This document shows positions 47,936 to 64,000 of a DNA stretch of 64,000 nt, piece by piece. A program made the position numbers and the translations under genes. The stretch lies in assembly GCF_009914755.1 (NCBI RefSeq), contig NC_060936.1. One strand, written 5' to 3'. The notes under the pieces were generated by a model. It searched no databases and had not been told where the DNA came from. It saw only the letters and a list, made by a program, of their open reading frames with translations. The stretch is from the human T2T-CHM13v2.0 reference genome, Homo sapiens. Positions within the stretch are counted from its first letter, which is position 1, and each line of letters starts with the position of its first letter.

Positions 47936-48153
47936 AACAAGCAACATAATCAAAAACAAAAACACAACAACCTTAAAGCTGAAACAGCAATAAGTCAAAC
48001 TGCTGCCGCAGTTCATGGATGTACCTGGGGTACATGCTCCCTCATTGCGAGGCAGGACGTAGGCACATGACTGTGCATTTAGGCATATATGTGACCAAGA
48101 AGAAGGAGAGAAATGGAAAACACTGGAGAACAGAAAGTATCAGGAACTTTTCA

Positions 48154-63643
<15,490 letters not shown>

Positions 63644-64000
63644 TGGGAAGCTGAAACTTTTCAGGAGACGTGAATGCTGTCTTAGCCAAAACATACAGAG
63701 AAGGGAGGACAGTTACCTGACCATTCAGAAATTTAGAGTGAGCACTAGGAAAACAGATTATTTTCATCTAAAGTATTTAAAAATGCAGATTTCAGGCCAC
63801 AACCCAACCTAATTAATCTGTATCTCAAAAGGGAAGGCCTACAGAGCTGTATTTTTTAAAGGGTCCCCTGTAACCCTTACATGCAACCATTATTTGGGGC
63901 CAATTTCAAGTAGCTTTGAAAAAATATAGACCAAACAACTTTTTAAAATTTCTCATCAAGTCCAAGTAAGACTCCCATCCTGCTCCAATTATCTCCTATA

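Overview
Human (primate) genomic DNA, recognisable from the encoded proteins as the chr12q13.2 block. It holds the ITGA7 upstream region (alternative 5' exon, - strand), BLOC1S1 (+, 4 exons, 153 aa), RDH5 (+, 4 coding exons, 318 aa), CD63 (-, 7 coding exons, 238 aa), GDF11 (+, 3 exons, 407 aa, probably with a long 3' UTR) and the last two coding exons plus a large Alu-rich intron of SARNP (-). All exon boundaries were read by hand and sum to the expected protein lengths. Main finding: the 'empty' interval between CD63 and GDF11 (22957-28067, - strand) holds five decayed, intron-separated exons of an inositol polyphosphate 1-phosphatase (INPP1)-like gene. It sits head-to-head with GDF11, as INPP1 does with the GDF11 paralogue MSTN on 2q32, so it is probably a dead ohnologue (unitary pseudogene). 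Other signals: a 39-bp fold-back copy of one of its exons captured in an Alu, the IRE1 RIDD hairpin of BLOC1S1, CLEAR/M-box motifs at BLOC1S1 and CD63, an MSTN-like promoter module at GDF11, a bidirectional GDF11/SARNP poly(A) site, and a young AluYa5. Protein comparisons are to reference sequences recalled from memory, not database searches.
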